A stretch of DNA of 64,000 nucleotides from an uncultured Chloroflexia bacterium (GTDB lineage Bacteria > Chloroflexota > Limnocylindria > QHBO01): NCBI GenBank assembly GCA_963777045.1, contig CAVZPD010000028.1:25183-89182 (forward strand), written 5' to 3'. The notes beneath the pieces are model-generated. The model saw nothing but the letters and a program-made list of their open reading frames with translations, was not told the origin of the DNA and searched no databases. The position numbers and the translations under genes are program-made. Below, piece after piece: positions 1-9,668 of the stretch (positions are counted from its first letter, which is position 1; every line of letters starts with the position of its first letter).

Positions 1-630
1 CGCGGCGAGGTCTACGGGCTGCTCGGCCCGAATGGCTCCGGCAAGACGACCCTCATTCGGTGCCTGGTCGGACTGCTGCGCTGGCAGTCGGGCGAGGTGC
101 GGGTCCTGGGCCGCCGGGTGCCCGATCGAGCCATCCTCGGCAAGGTGGGCTACATGACCCAGGCGCCTGCGCTCTACGGCGACATCACGGCCGAGGAGAA
201 CGTTCGCTTCTTTGCCGCCATTCACGGAGCAGGCGACGTCGACTGGGCGCTTCACTTCGTGCGGCTCGAGTCGCGCCGTCGCTCGGTGACGTCCGAGCTG
301 TCAGGTGGCATGCGCACGCGGCTCTCGCTGGCGTGCACCGTGGTGCACCGGCCACGGCTCCTGCTGCTGGACGAACCGACGGTCGGCGTCGACCCCCAGC
401 TCCGCGCCGAGCTGTGGGACGGGCTGCGTGCCATGGCCGCCGACGGCGCGACGATCATCGTCTCCAGTCACGTCATGGACGAGGCGGAGCGCTGCGATCG
501 GCTTGGGCTGATCCTCGATGGCAGGCTGCTGGCCGAGGGCTCGGCCGATGAGCTGCGCGCACGGGCCGGGACGGATCGCCTCGAGGATGCCTTCCTGGCG
601 CTCGCCGGCGATCGCGGAGAGCCGCGATGA
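1..630 (+). CDS. ABC transporter ATP-binding protein (5' end cut by window edge)
   Basis: Frame 1 is open from nt 1. It reads RGEVYGLLGPNGSGKTTLIR (Walker A), then LSGGMRTRLSLA (ABC signature) and LLLLDEPTVGVD (Walker B). The stop at 628-630 overlaps the next start (ATGA). Confidence 0.9.
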   Translation, partial: RGEVYGLLGPNGSGKTTLIRCLVGLLRWQSGEVRVLGRRVPDRAILGKVGYMTQAPALYGDITAEENVRFFAAIHGAGDVDWALHFVRLESRRRSVTSELSGGMRTRLSLACTVVHRPRLLLLDEPTVGVDPQLRAELWDGLRAMAADGATIIVSSHVMDEAERCDRLGLILDGRLLAEGSADELRARAGTDRLEDAFLALAGDRGEPR

Positions 631-1739
631 GCCTGCGGAGGACGTTCGCCATCACGCGACGCCTGGTGGCCCAGTTCCGCCACGATCACCGGACCCTGGC
701 GCTCCTCTTCGTGGCGCCGCTGGTGATCCTGTTCATCTTCTCGCTGCTCTTCGAGAACGGCTCGGGGAACGTCCGCCTCGGCATCGACAACCGCGACGCG
801 GGTCCGGTTGGCGCTGCCCTGGTCTCGCAGCTGGAGGCCTCGGCCCTGGTGGAGACGGCGGTGGCGACCGAGGAGCGACTCGTTTCGCAGCTGGAAGCGG
901 GGGACGTGGATGCGTACCTCGTGCTGCCCGATGACCTGACCAGCCGCCTGGCGTCAGGGGAGGGAACGCTGGAGCTGCACGTGCGGGGAACCGATCCGGC
1001 TGCCGCGGCGGGAGCCCAGCGCGCGGTGGCCACGGCCCTGCCCGCTGCACTCGCCGGCGTCGGCCCGGGCGGCGGACGCCCGCTGCCGAGCCTCCAGGTG
1101 GAGGTCAGCTACCTCTACGGCGGGCCCGACCTCGACAGCCTCGACCTGCTAGGCGGCCCGTTCATCGGCCTGGTCGTCTTCTTCCTCGTGTACATCGTCA
1201 CATCGGTGTCATTCCTGCGCGAGCGGACGCTGGGGACCCTGGAGCGACTCATGGCGAGCCCGCTGCAGCGTTCGGAGATCGTGGTCGGCTACATGGCGGG
1301 CTTCACGCTGATCGCACTGGTGCAGGCGGTCGAGGTGCTCGTCTTCAGCATCTGGTTGCTCGGCCTCTACAACGCTGGCGACCTGCTGCTCGTCTTCCTG
1401 ATCGAGATGCTGCTGGCACTCGGCGCGATCAACCTGGGCATCTTCCTCTCCACCTTCGCGCGCAGCGAGTTCCAGGCGGTCCAGTTCATCCCGCTCGTGA
1501 TCGTGCCCCAGATCCTGCTCTCCGGGGTCCTCGTTCCCGTCAGCAGCGAGCCCAATTGGCTGCAGGTCGTCTCGAACGTGCTTCCGCTCACCTACGCCGT
1601 CGAGGCGCTCCGCTCCGTGATGCTGGAGGGGCGTGACCTGGCCTCGACCACGCTCCTGCTCGACCTGGGCGTGCTGGCCGGTTTCGCCGCACTCGCCCTT
1701 GGCGCAGCCTCGGCCACGTTGCGGCGGACCGTCGCCTAG
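627..1739 (+). CDS. ABC-2 type transporter permease
   Basis: 370-aa ORF coupled by ATGA overlap to the ATPase gene. It has an N-terminal TM helix, a large extracytoplasmic loop and a C-terminal block of hydrophobic helices typical of ABC-2 permeases. Confidence 0.85.
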   Translation: MSLRRTFAITRRLVAQFRHDHRTLALLFVAPLVILFIFSLLFENGSGNVRLGIDNRDAGPVGAALVSQLEASALVETAVATEERLVSQLEAGDVDAYLVLPDDLTSRLASGEGTLELHVRGTDPAAAAGAQRAVATALPAALAGVGPGGGRPLPSLQVEVSYLYGGPDLDSLDLLGGPFIGLVVFFLVYIVTSVSFLRERTLGTLERLMASPLQRSEIVVGYMAGFTLIALVQAVEVLVFSIWLLGLYNAGDLLLVFLIEMLLALGAINLGIFLSTFARSEFQAVQFIPLVIVPQILLSGVLVPVSSEPNWLQVVSNVLPLTYAVEALRSVMLEGRDLASTTLLLDLGVLAGFAALALGAASATLRRTVA

Positions 1740-2659
1740 GGCCGGCGGCGGGGGAGCGAGAAGCCACTGGCGCCGGCAATCGCCGCCAGGACCAGTGCGC
1801 CGCCTGCGAGCTGCAGCAGCGAGAGCCGCTCCCCGAGAAGCAGCCACGCGCCGAGCGTGGCCGTCGGCGGGTTGAGCAGGAGGAACGCCGACGCGCGCCG
1901 GGCGGGAATGCGCCGCATGCCGGTCACGACCAGGATCGCTGCCAGCGCTCCGGGTCCCACGGCCAGCCAGGCGACGCCGGCAGCGGCGTCGGGCCGCAGC
2001 GGATGCGCCAGGGCCGGCTCACCGAGGAGCGGCAGGAGCAAGCCGACCACAACGGCGGTCAGCCCCATCGTCCCGACCGCGACGGTTGGGCCGGGCAGGC
2101 CGTAGCCGGTCGACCATCGGCGCGAGAGCACCAGGAAGAGGCCGAAGAGGAGGGCCGCCACGAGGCCCACCGCGATGCCGGCCCCCGCATCACCGCCCGG
2201 CCGCAGCTCGCCAAGGAGCGCCGTGCCGGCCAGTGCCAGGGCCAGCGCGACCACGCTCCTGGCCTCCGGCCGCTCGCCCAGCAGCGGGATGGCGAGCACG
2301 GCGGCCAGCACCGCGTAGAGGCCGGCCACGAAGGCGGTGATCGTGGCCCCGGCGAGTGCGACGGCGGTGTTCATGGTCACGATAAAGGCGGGTCCGCCGA
2401 GGGTCGCCAGCACGAGCAGGCGCAGTCCCGCAGCCCGAGTCAGCCGCCGAGGACGCAGGGCGGGCACCAGCGGCAGCAGGAAGAGGGCGCCCATCGCCAG
2501 CACGCCCAGCAGGCCGCGCGTCGCCGCCGCACCGAGCGGCGTGAACGAGCGAAGCGCAAAGGCCGTGGCGACGTACGACGTCCCGTACAGGATCGCGGCG
2601 CCCGCCGAGGCGGACGCCCCCAGCGCGTCGAGGGCCGGCGTCCGGCTAGGGTTCGCCAG
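1736..2659 (-). CDS. DMT/EamA family transporter (start codon uncertain)
   Basis: Highly hydrophobic multi-TM protein with two EamA-like halves. The track ORF starts at GTG 2503. The same frame stays open upstream and encodes a plausible first TM pair (LGASASAGAAILYGTSYVATAFALRSFTPLG). Only a CTG at 2657-2659 is available there as a start. Confidence 0.7.
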   Translation of the reverse strand: MANPSRTPALDALGASASAGAAILYGTSYVATAFALRSFTPLGAAATRGLLGVLAMGALFLLPLVPALRPRRLTRAAGLRLLVLATLGGPAFIVTMNTAVALAGATITAFVAGLYAVLAAVLAIPLLGERPEARSVVALALALAGTALLGELRPGGDAGAGIAVGLVAALLFGLFLVLSRRWSTGYGLPGPTVAVGTMGLTAVVVGLLLPLLGEPALAHPLRPDAAAGVAWLAVGPGALAAILVVTGMRRIPARRASAFLLLNPPTATLGAWLLLGERLSLLQLAGGALVLAAIAGASGFSLPRRRP

Positions 2660-2921
2660 CCGTGGTCAGGCGCCGTCGGGTCGTCACGTCGACCTGCGAC
2701 TCGCGCCCCTCGTGGGCCGGATGCTCGACCAGCGCGATCAGGCGGCTGGCCATGAAGCGCCCGGTGCGCACCGGTGTCCCGCCGCGCGTGACCTCGCTCA
2801 CCTCCACCACGCCGCGCGAGGTCGCCACCTCGATGCGGCGGCCGGCCCGCGTCGCCTCGATGACGAAGGTCTGCGTCCCCTGTCCCGTGTCCACGACGGC
2901 CTCGACCCGATCGCCCTTCAT
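2646..2921 (-). CDS. hypothetical protein
   Basis: I prefer the internal ATG (MKGDRVEAVV...) of the 108-aa track ORF. No recognisable motif, and only a weak AGGA upstream. Confidence 0.35.
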   Translation of the reverse strand: MKGDRVEAVVDTGQGTQTFVIEATRAGRRIEVATSRGVVEVSEVTRGGTPVRTGRFMASRLIALVEHPAHEGRESQVDVTTRRRLTTAGEP

Positions 2922-3013
2922 GCTGCGAATCCTAGGTTCGCGGGCTCCCGAGCGCCAGCGGCGCACTACCATGTGCGGCCGATGACGACTTCGTCCCCTG
3001 GGCCGATGCAGGC

Positions 3014-3781
3014 GTGAACCTCCTCGAAATGGGGTTGATTGCCCTTGCCGGCGTTGCCGCGGGATCGATCAATGCCATCGTGGGCTCGGGCACGCTCGTG
3101 ACCTTTCCGACGCTCCTGGCCCTCGGCTATGCGCCCTTGACGGCGAACGTTTCGAACACGGTTGGCCTCGTGCTGGGCTCGGCCAGCGGGGCCTACGGCT
3201 ACCGGGCGGAGCTTTCGGGCCAGCGGCGGCGCGCCCGCCTCCTGCTCCCTGCGGGCGTGGCCGGCGGGCTCACCGGCGCGGCCCTGCTCCTCCTCCTGCC
3301 CTCCGGCACGTTCGAGCAGGTCGTCCCGTGGTTGATCCTGCTCGCCGTGGCGCTCGTGGCGCTGCAGAACACGCTCGCCGCGTGGATCGGCCGCTGGCGG
3401 CGGGCGATCAACCCGGACGCCACGCACGAGGCGGAGCTCCTGGCCGTCGCCTCCGTCTACCTCACCGGAATCTACGGCGGCTACTTCGGCGCGGCGCAGG
3501 GCGTGATGCTGATCGCGGTGCTCGGCCTCTTCCTGCCGGACCTGCTGCAGCGGACGAACGCGATGAAGAACCTGGTGGCCTTCGCCGTGAACGGCGTGGC
3601 CGCGGTCGCCTTCGCGCTCTTCGCGCCGGTCGATTGGGGCGCGGTGCTTCCGCTCGCGGTGGGGGCGATCGCCGGCGGCTTCATCGGGGCGCGACTGGGC
3701 AGGAGGCTCCCCGCGCCGGTGCTGCGGACCGCGGTCATCGTCATCGGCACGGTGGTCGCCGTGCGGCTGCTCGTGGCCTGA
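3014..3781 (+). CDS. TauE/SafE (DUF81) family anion exporter
   Basis: 255-aa polytopic membrane protein with a GTG start. The N-terminus reads GLIALAGVAAGSINAIVGSGTLVTFPTLLALGY, with a repeated glycine-rich TM pattern typical of the TauE/SafE family. Confidence 0.85.
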   Translation: MNLLEMGLIALAGVAAGSINAIVGSGTLVTFPTLLALGYAPLTANVSNTVGLVLGSASGAYGYRAELSGQRRRARLLLPAGVAGGLTGAALLLLLPSGTFEQVVPWLILLAVALVALQNTLAAWIGRWRRAINPDATHEAELLAVASVYLTGIYGGYFGAAQGVMLIAVLGLFLPDLLQRTNAMKNLVAFAVNGVAAVAFALFAPVDWGAVLPLAVGAIAGGFIGARLGRRLPAPVLRTAVIVIGTVVAVRLLVA

Positions 3782-3804
3782 GCCTGGCACCCCCGTCCCG
3801 AGGG

Positions 3805-4374
3805 TCAGCCGACGCGCAGCAGCGTGCCGATGAGCGCCGCGGCGAGCGCCGCCGACCCGGCGATCACGACCAGGCGGATCCCGTCCTGCCACCAGATGCG
3901 GCGGGTCACCGAGGCCGTTGCCGAGCCGAGCCCGAAGAGGGCCAGGACCGACACGGAGACCGAGGCCACCAGCGCCGGCCCGATGGGCAGGATGAGGAAC
4001 GGTGCCAGCGGCAGCAGCCCACCGGCGAGCGCCGCGAGGCCGGTCACGCCGGCAGCAGCGGCCGGGCCCAGCCGAGCGTCAGGTGCACGCTGCTCGCCGG
4101 GGTCGAGGTCCCGATTCTCCAGGTCGCGTTCCGCCCGCGTGGAGGTGTAGAGGACGCCGCCCATCGAGATCGATTCGGCGACGGCCGCCGCGGTACCGGC
4201 GAGCGCCACCAGGTCCGCGCGCCCGGCGCCGATCGTCACGCCCAGCACCACGGCCAGCACGTTGGTGAGGTTGTCCTGGGCTCCCATGAGGACCTCGCGA
4301 ACCGTGGCGTGCTCCAGGAGCGCACGCCACGCGGCCTGCCCGCGATCCCATTCGATACTCGTCATGCACCCCAT
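3805..4374 (-). CDS. VIT1/CCC1 family iron/manganese transporter
   Basis: The sequence GAQDNLTNVLAVVLGVTIGAG, then ESISMGGVLYTSTRAERD, then C-terminal TM helices match the VIT family layout. Confidence 0.8.
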   Translation of the reverse strand: MGCMTSIEWDRGQAAWRALLEHATVREVLMGAQDNLTNVLAVVLGVTIGAGRADLVALAGTAAAVAESISMGGVLYTSTRAERDLENRDLDPGEQRAPDARLGPAAAAGVTGLAALAGGLLPLAPFLILPIGPALVASVSVSVLALFGLGSATASVTRRIWWQDGIRLVVIAGSAALAAALIGTLLRVG

Positions 4375-4439
4375 GCTGCCGAGCCACGAGCCGCAAAGGC
4401 AGGGCCGAATGGCACGCCGCCAGCCGGTCGATACCGCCC

Positions 4440-4952
4440 GTGGCGCCCAGCCGCTCGGCCTGCGAACGGCGGGATATCATCGGGGCCATGAGCCGGGCGC
4501 GACGTTCATCGGTCCTGTTCGATCTGTTCGCTGCCAGCCAGCGCGTCCGGTCGCTGCTGGCCGCGGCCATGGCGGGATCCGGCCTCCGCGCCGACGAGTA
4601 CGCGGTCTACAGCGCGCTGTTCGAATTCGGACCAATCTCGCCAACGGAGCTGGCGAGAGCGGTCGGGATGCCGCCGACCACCGTCTCCCACTACATCCGC
4701 GAGATGCGCGAGCGGCGCCACATCGAGGAGGAGACGAACCCGCGCGACGCTCGATCGCGAATGCTTCGGCTGAGCGCCACCGGTCGGGCCGCCCACCGTC
4801 GGGCGAACCAGGCGTTCGAGGCGGCCTACCTGCGTTTCGTGCGACGGCTCCCCGACGCGGGCACGGCGCAGCGCTCGCTCGAGGAGATCGAGACAGCGGC
4901 AGAAGGCGCCCTCGAGGAGCTGGAGCAGGACGCCCAGGGGCGAGCGGTCTGA
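4440..4952 (+). CDS. MarR family transcriptional regulator
   Basis: Winged-helix segment ISPTELARAVGMPPTTVSHYIREMRERRHIEEETNPRDARSRMLRLSATG. An alternative ATG start lies at 4488 (MSRARRSS...). The gene is divergent from the VIT gene. Confidence 0.8.
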   Translation: MAPSRSACERRDIIGAMSRARRSSVLFDLFAASQRVRSLLAAAMAGSGLRADEYAVYSALFEFGPISPTELARAVGMPPTTVSHYIREMRERRHIEEETNPRDARSRMLRLSATGRAAHRRANQAFEAAYLRFVRRLPDAGTAQRSLEEIETAAEGALEELEQDAQGRAV

Positions 4953-5012
4953 ACCACCGCGGTCCGGGACGGGTACTACCAACTGGTAGTAGTTAGACGA
5001 GGATGACCCTGC

Positions 5013-6338
5013 ATGCCCGCTCAACCGGCGCGACGCCTTGCCTTGATCCCGATCCTCCTGCTCCTGAGCGCCTGCGCGACAAACGTGCCATCTCCCCCCT
5101 CCGGTGGGGTGACGGGGAACCAGCGGCCATCGGCGGGTGCGTCGACCGGTCCCGCATCGAGCCTGGAAGCGGCGCAAGCCGAGCTCGACCATGCCCTGCA
5201 GCGGCTCGAGGCGATTCACCCCGAGCCATTTCACGCGGCGGACCGCGCGACCTTCGTCGCGGAGCTCGAGGAGCTCAAGCGCCAGCTGCCCGGGTTGACC
5301 GCCGATGAAGCCGCGGTCCGCCTGATGCGGACCTGGGCCCTCCTGGCCACGGAGCGCGACGGCCACCAGTTCGCGCTGCCGCTCGACGACGAATCGGATC
5401 CGATCCTGCCGATTCGGGTCTACGAGTTCGCCGACGGCGTCTTCGTGACCGATGCGATGCCGCCCTACCAGGACCTGGTCGGCAACCGCATCACCGCGGT
5501 GGGGGAGACGGGCATCGACGCGGTCCTCGACCTCCTCGAGCCGCTCGTGCCCCGCGACGGGCCGGCCACCGTGGCAGCCTTTCGCCCGCTCTACCTGCTC
5601 CACGCGGTCGTCCTGCGCGGGCTCGGGCTGACCGGCGAAGGGCCGATCGCGATCAGCCTGGAGGGACCGGCCGGACCGCTGCAGGCGGACCTGGAGCCGG
5701 TGCCGTCGGCGGAGTTCCGCGCCTGGGCCGGCTGGCTCCCGTTCACCGGCCTGCCGCCCCGCGACGGCCTGCGACACACGCAGCCCGCCGACGCCAACCT
5801 CAGCGTGGAGCTGCTCGACGAGGCCACGGTGTACGCGCGCTACCGGCAGGTGCAGCGGGTGGACGCCGCGGCGCTGCGGCAGCTCGTCGAGCTGGCCGCC
5901 AGGCCATCGCTCCAACGCGTGGTCGTTGATCTTCGGCAGAATCCGGGGGGCGACAATTTCACGTATCCGCCACTCGTCACGGCGCTCCGGGACGCGGCGA
6001 TCGACCAGCCCGGTCGCCTGTTCGTGCTGACCGACCGTGTGACGTTCTCTGCGGCCGCCAACTTCGCGACCGTGGTCGAGCAGTCGACCAACGCCACCTT
6101 CGCCGGCGAGCCGATGGGCGGCGGCCTCAACTTCTGGGACGACGTCGACTGGATCAGCCTGCCCGACTTCGTGCTCCCGATGCGCATCGCCATCAGCACG
6201 CGATACTGGGAGAAGTCGACGCCGGACGATCCGCGACTGACGATTGAGCCGGACCTGGCGTTGCCAGTGCTCTCGGTGGACTACTTCGCGGGGCGCGATC
6301 CGACCCTCGCCGCCGTGATGGGGAGCGAGGAGCCCTAG
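5013..6338 (+). CDS. putative lipoprotein, S41 (tail-specific protease-like) peptidase family
   Basis: Lipobox LLLLSAC at the N-terminus. The C-terminal half reads VVVDLRQNPGGDN ... LTDRVTFSAAANFA, which resembles the S41 catalytic Ser region. Family call is from motifs only. Confidence 0.6.
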   Translation: MPAQPARRLALIPILLLLSACATNVPSPPSGGVTGNQRPSAGASTGPASSLEAAQAELDHALQRLEAIHPEPFHAADRATFVAELEELKRQLPGLTADEAAVRLMRTWALLATERDGHQFALPLDDESDPILPIRVYEFADGVFVTDAMPPYQDLVGNRITAVGETGIDAVLDLLEPLVPRDGPATVAAFRPLYLLHAVVLRGLGLTGEGPIAISLEGPAGPLQADLEPVPSAEFRAWAGWLPFTGLPPRDGLRHTQPADANLSVELLDEATVYARYRQVQRVDAAALRQLVELAARPSLQRVVVDLRQNPGGDNFTYPPLVTALRDAAIDQPGRLFVLTDRVTFSAAANFATVVEQSTNATFAGEPMGGGLNFWDDVDWISLPDFVLPMRIAISTRYWEKSTPDDPRLTIEPDLALPVLSVDYFAGRDPTLAAVMGSEEP

Positions 6339-7669
6339 GACCGCCCGCCGGGCGGGACGGAGCCGACGGGATGCGCCGGCGTCGCCTCACCCGGCTGGCC
6401 CGTCGCCGTCGCATCGCCAGCCCCGGGGGGTGTGGCGTCGGGGAGCTCCCGTCGCCGAAGCATCCGCACGCTCGGGACGAGCAAGACGCCGATGTTGGCG
6501 ACGATGCCGATGCCGGCGGCGATCAGGAGGGTATCCGGCAGGCCGATCGCCTCCGACATCGGTCCCACCGCCGCGTAGGCGATGGGCTGCAGGATCAGCG
6601 ACAGCATCCAGTCGTAGGAGCTGACCCTGCCCAGGACCGCCTGCGGGATGTGCTGCTGGAGCATCGTGTCCCAGAAGGCATTGCTGATCACCACGCCCGC
6701 GATCGTCACCATGGCACCCAGCGCGATCACCGGGGCGGGGAAGGGCGGGATCAGCAGCAGCAGCTCAATGGTCGCCGCGGCCATGAGCAGGAATCCGGGG
6801 ACGAGCGGCCGCGATGGCTTCCAGCGCAGGCTGATCGCCCCTCCGGCCAGGCCGCCGACCGCGCCGCCGGTCACGATGATGCCCCACGCGGCTGCGCCGC
6901 CGAGCTGCCGAGCAGCGACGATGGGCCCGAGCACCTGGAAGGCTCCGAGGGCCGCGTTCGAGAGTGCGAATGCGCCGATGGCGGCCATCACCCATGACCG
7001 CGCCGCGACCTCCCGCCAGCCCGTTGCGAGCTCGGCGACGAAGGATCGCCGCTCCTCGATCGGTCGCACCGGCACGCGCATCTGCAGCAGGAACGCGCCG
7101 CTCACGGCGAAGCTGACCCCGTCCGCGGCGAAGGCCCAACCGGGACCGACGGTGGCCACCATGGCGCCCGCCACCAGGGGCCCGAAGACGTGGGCCGCGC
7201 TCTGCGAGATGCTGACCAGGGCGTTCGCCTGCTGGAGCCGCTCCCGGCTCACCACCTGCGGCATGAGGCCGACGGTCGCCGGCGTGAAGAACGCCGCGGC
7301 ACCACCCATGACCACCGCCAGGCCGATGAGGTGCCAGACCTGGCCGTGCCCGGTGATGAGGATGGTGGAGACGATCGCCTGGGTGATTGCGCGGACCGCG
7401 TCGCAGGCGACCATCAGCGTGCGACGGGGGAGGCGGTCGGACCAAACGCCGCCGGCCAGCATCAGGACGACGCGCGGGATGGTGAAGGCGGCGAAGACGA
7501 GGCCCAGGTCGCCGGCTGTGCCGCCGACCTTCAGGACGGCGAACGCGAGCGCCACGCCGACGAGCGCATCGCCGAGCGCAGACGCCGACTGGCCGATCCA
7601 GAGCAGCCGGAAGTCGCGCTCCGACAGCGCATCGGTGGAGTCGCGCAGGAAGCTCCCGATCCGCCCCAT
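6335..7669 (-). CDS. MFS transporter
   Basis: 444 aa with about 12 predicted TM helices. A DRLPRR-type loop motif follows TM2 (WSDRLPRRTLM). Confidence 0.85.
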   Translation of the reverse strand: MGRIGSFLRDSTDALSERDFRLLWIGQSASALGDALVGVALAFAVLKVGGTAGDLGLVFAAFTIPRVVLMLAGGVWSDRLPRRTLMVACDAVRAITQAIVSTILITGHGQVWHLIGLAVVMGGAAAFFTPATVGLMPQVVSRERLQQANALVSISQSAAHVFGPLVAGAMVATVGPGWAFAADGVSFAVSGAFLLQMRVPVRPIEERRSFVAELATGWREVAARSWVMAAIGAFALSNAALGAFQVLGPIVAARQLGGAAAWGIIVTGGAVGGLAGGAISLRWKPSRPLVPGFLLMAAATIELLLLIPPFPAPVIALGAMVTIAGVVISNAFWDTMLQQHIPQAVLGRVSSYDWMLSLILQPIAYAAVGPMSEAIGLPDTLLIAAGIGIVANIGVLLVPSVRMLRRRELPDATPPGAGDATATGQPGEATPAHPVGSVPPGGRS

Positions 7670-7710
7670 CCGGGGAGGAGCCTAGCAGCGCCGCCGGGTC
7701 GAAGAGAGAG

Positions 7711-8199
7711 CTATGACGCGCCGGCGTCCGTCAGCGGAGCTGAGCGACGGTAGTGGCCGTCGAACGCCGTCTCCCATGCTCGGCCGTCCGCGGAGGTCTC
7801 CCAGTGCTGCCGCACGTGGTCCGGATCGCCATCGACCACGGACCAGCTGATCCGGTGCCGAACCGTGGTCTGCTCGCCGGGAAGCGGCGCCTCGCCCTCC
7901 AGCACCATGACGCCCCTCTCCCGGAGCCCGCCGTCGAGCAGCAGCAGGGTGCCGCTAGAGTCGATCCAGGTCTGGTGCCAGGACCTGCGCAGCGGGGACC
8001 ACGTGCTCAGGCTCGTCCCGCGCAGACCGCGCACGCCACGCCACTCCTCGCGCAGGCCGCACCCGCTCACGACGCGGCTGATCGTGTTCCGCCCGACGAG
8101 CTCGCCAGCCGGGCTGTGGACGTCCCACTCGCCCAGCCAGAAGTCGAACTGTCGGTAGCCGGCTTCCTCGCAGGCCGCCTCGTTGGCTGGATCTGCCAT
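7711..8199 (-). CDS. hypothetical protein
   Basis: Soluble ORF. I prefer the start at MADPANEAACEE. The FDFWLGEWDV motif is seen, but I cannot assign a family with confidence. Confidence 0.5.
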   Translation of the reverse strand: MADPANEAACEEAGYRQFDFWLGEWDVHSPAGELVGRNTISRVVSGCGLREEWRGVRGLRGTSLSTWSPLRRSWHQTWIDSSGTLLLLDGGLRERGVMVLEGEAPLPGEQTTVRHRISWSVVDGDPDHVRQHWETSADGRAWETAFDGHYRRSAPLTDAGAS

Positions 8200-8279
8200 G
8201 CACATACCTACTCGTGGCGTGGGCCGCAACGTTCATGCTTCCGGCCCGACTGACGCCGCGCCAGGGGCGCCGGTAGGCT

Positions 8280-8807
8280 GTGCGGATGTACAGCCTGGGC
8301 AGGTGGCTGCTCGATACGATACCGGGTGTCGTCGCCATGCTGGGCCTGGTGATGCTCGGCAGCCTGCTGCTCGCCAGCGTGCGCGGCCGCGCCCGCTGGC
8401 GCTCGGCCGCAGCGGACGGCTTGCTCCTCGCCGCGCTGGGCCTGGTCGTCCTCTTCACCCTGCTGCCGGCGCGCCTCGGGGAGCAGCCCGATCGTGTCAA
8501 CCTGCTGCCGTTCCGCGACCTCATCTGGGCGATGCAGGGGCGCGTGGACCTGGGCCTCGCCATCGCCGGCCTGCTGGGGAACCTGGCCCTCTTCGTGCCC
8601 CTCGGCCTGGCGCTCGCAGTCCGTCACCCGGCGCGGCCGACGCTCCAGCTCATCGGTGCCGGGCTGGCCGTCTCGGTGGCCGTCGAGGCCGGCCAGGCCC
8701 TGCTGAACATCGGCCGGCTGGCAGACGTGACGGATCTCCTGCTCAACACCCTGGGGGCGGCTGGAGGCATATGGCTGTGGCGGTCCCTGAGTCCCGCGGC
8801 GTATTGA
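8280..8807 (+). CDS. VanZ family membrane protein
   Basis: Small four-TM protein with LPFRDL ... GNLALFVPLGLAL ... DVTDLLLNTLGAAGG, a VanZ-like pattern. Confidence 0.75.
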   Translation: MRMYSLGRWLLDTIPGVVAMLGLVMLGSLLLASVRGRARWRSAAADGLLLAALGLVVLFTLLPARLGEQPDRVNLLPFRDLIWAMQGRVDLGLAIAGLLGNLALFVPLGLALAVRHPARPTLQLIGAGLAVSVAVEAGQALLNIGRLADVTDLLLNTLGAAGGIWLWRSLSPAAY

Positions 8808-8838
8808 CCGGCAGTATGACCGGCGATAGGCTGACGGC

Positions 8839-9153
8839 ATGGCGACCTCATCGGCACTGGCCCAGTTGCCCGCCCGCGTCATCTCCGAGGCAACCGGCGC
8901 GAACGTCCGAACCGTCGAGCGCTGGCGAGCCGGCAGTGGACCGCGCAGGCGGGTCTACCGGATGCGGCTGGATGACCTGTCGGCCACGCTCGAGATGCTC
9001 GGCGACGGCATGAGCGCACGAGGTCGCCAGGCATGGCTCACCGCGCGCAGCGCGCACCTCGGCTGGCGCCGCCCGATCGATCTCCTCGCCAGCGGCGAGT
9101 TCGACGTCGTGCGCGGTGCGGCACTGGCCTACGCCGCCGGGGACGTGACCTGA
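8839..9153 (+). CDS. type II antitoxin, Xre-like N-terminus with DUF2384 (MbcA/ParS-type) C-terminal domain
   Basis: The C-terminus WLTARSAHLGWRRPIDLLASGEFDVVRGAALAYAAGD is the typical RES-antitoxin tail. The gene lies directly upstream of a RES ORF. Confidence 0.75.
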   Translation: MATSSALAQLPARVISEATGANVRTVERWRAGSGPRRRVYRMRLDDLSATLEMLGDGMSARGRQAWLTARSAHLGWRRPIDLLASGEFDVVRGAALAYAAGDVT

Positions 9154-9173
9154 AGCGGGGACGCCTTGCGCCG

Positions 9174-9665
9174 GTGGGGCGGCTACGGGCACGGGTGTGG
9201 CGCCAGACCGCGATCCAGGTGCCCGGTTGCCTGCCGCCGCGGCAGCCGGCGCCGCACGCCGGGCGATTCCATGGCGTCGGCGACCCGTGGCCGCTCTACG
9301 CGTCGCTGGATCTCGACACGATGTGGGCCGAGTGGGCGCGCGCGACGGGCGGCGCGGTCGCGCTCGACGATGACCCACGCTGGGTGTGCACCCTCGACCT
9401 GGATCTCGTCGTGCTGGACCTGCGCGACGCTTCGACCCGACGAGCGCTCGGCGTGGAGCTGGACGAGCTGGTGGGAGACTGGTCACCGTCGGTGCCGAAC
9501 GATGCCGCCATGCGCGTTGCCGCCGCCGCTCGTGCCCTGGGCGTGGACGGGATGGTCGTTCCCAGCGCCGCACGTGACGGAGGGTGGAACGTGGCCGTGC
9601 TGCCACACGCCTTCGAGCGCGTTGAGCTCGCCAGTCGGCGCCGTGGGCGGCGGCGGCAGGGCTAG
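9174..9665 (+). CDS. RES domain toxin (NAD+-targeting family)
   Basis: GRFHG (Arg), AEWAR (Glu) and VVPSAAR (Ser) occur in RES order. I chose the GTG at 9174 because it is the first start after the antitoxin stop (9153). The track ORF begins earlier, at 9033. Confidence 0.75.
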   Translation: MGRLRARVWRQTAIQVPGCLPPRQPAPHAGRFHGVGDPWPLYASLDLDTMWAEWARATGGAVALDDDPRWVCTLDLDLVVLDLRDASTRRALGVELDELVGDWSPSVPNDAAMRVAAAARALGVDGMVVPSAARDGGWNVAVLPHAFERVELASRRRGRRRQG

Positions 9666-9668
9666 GGT

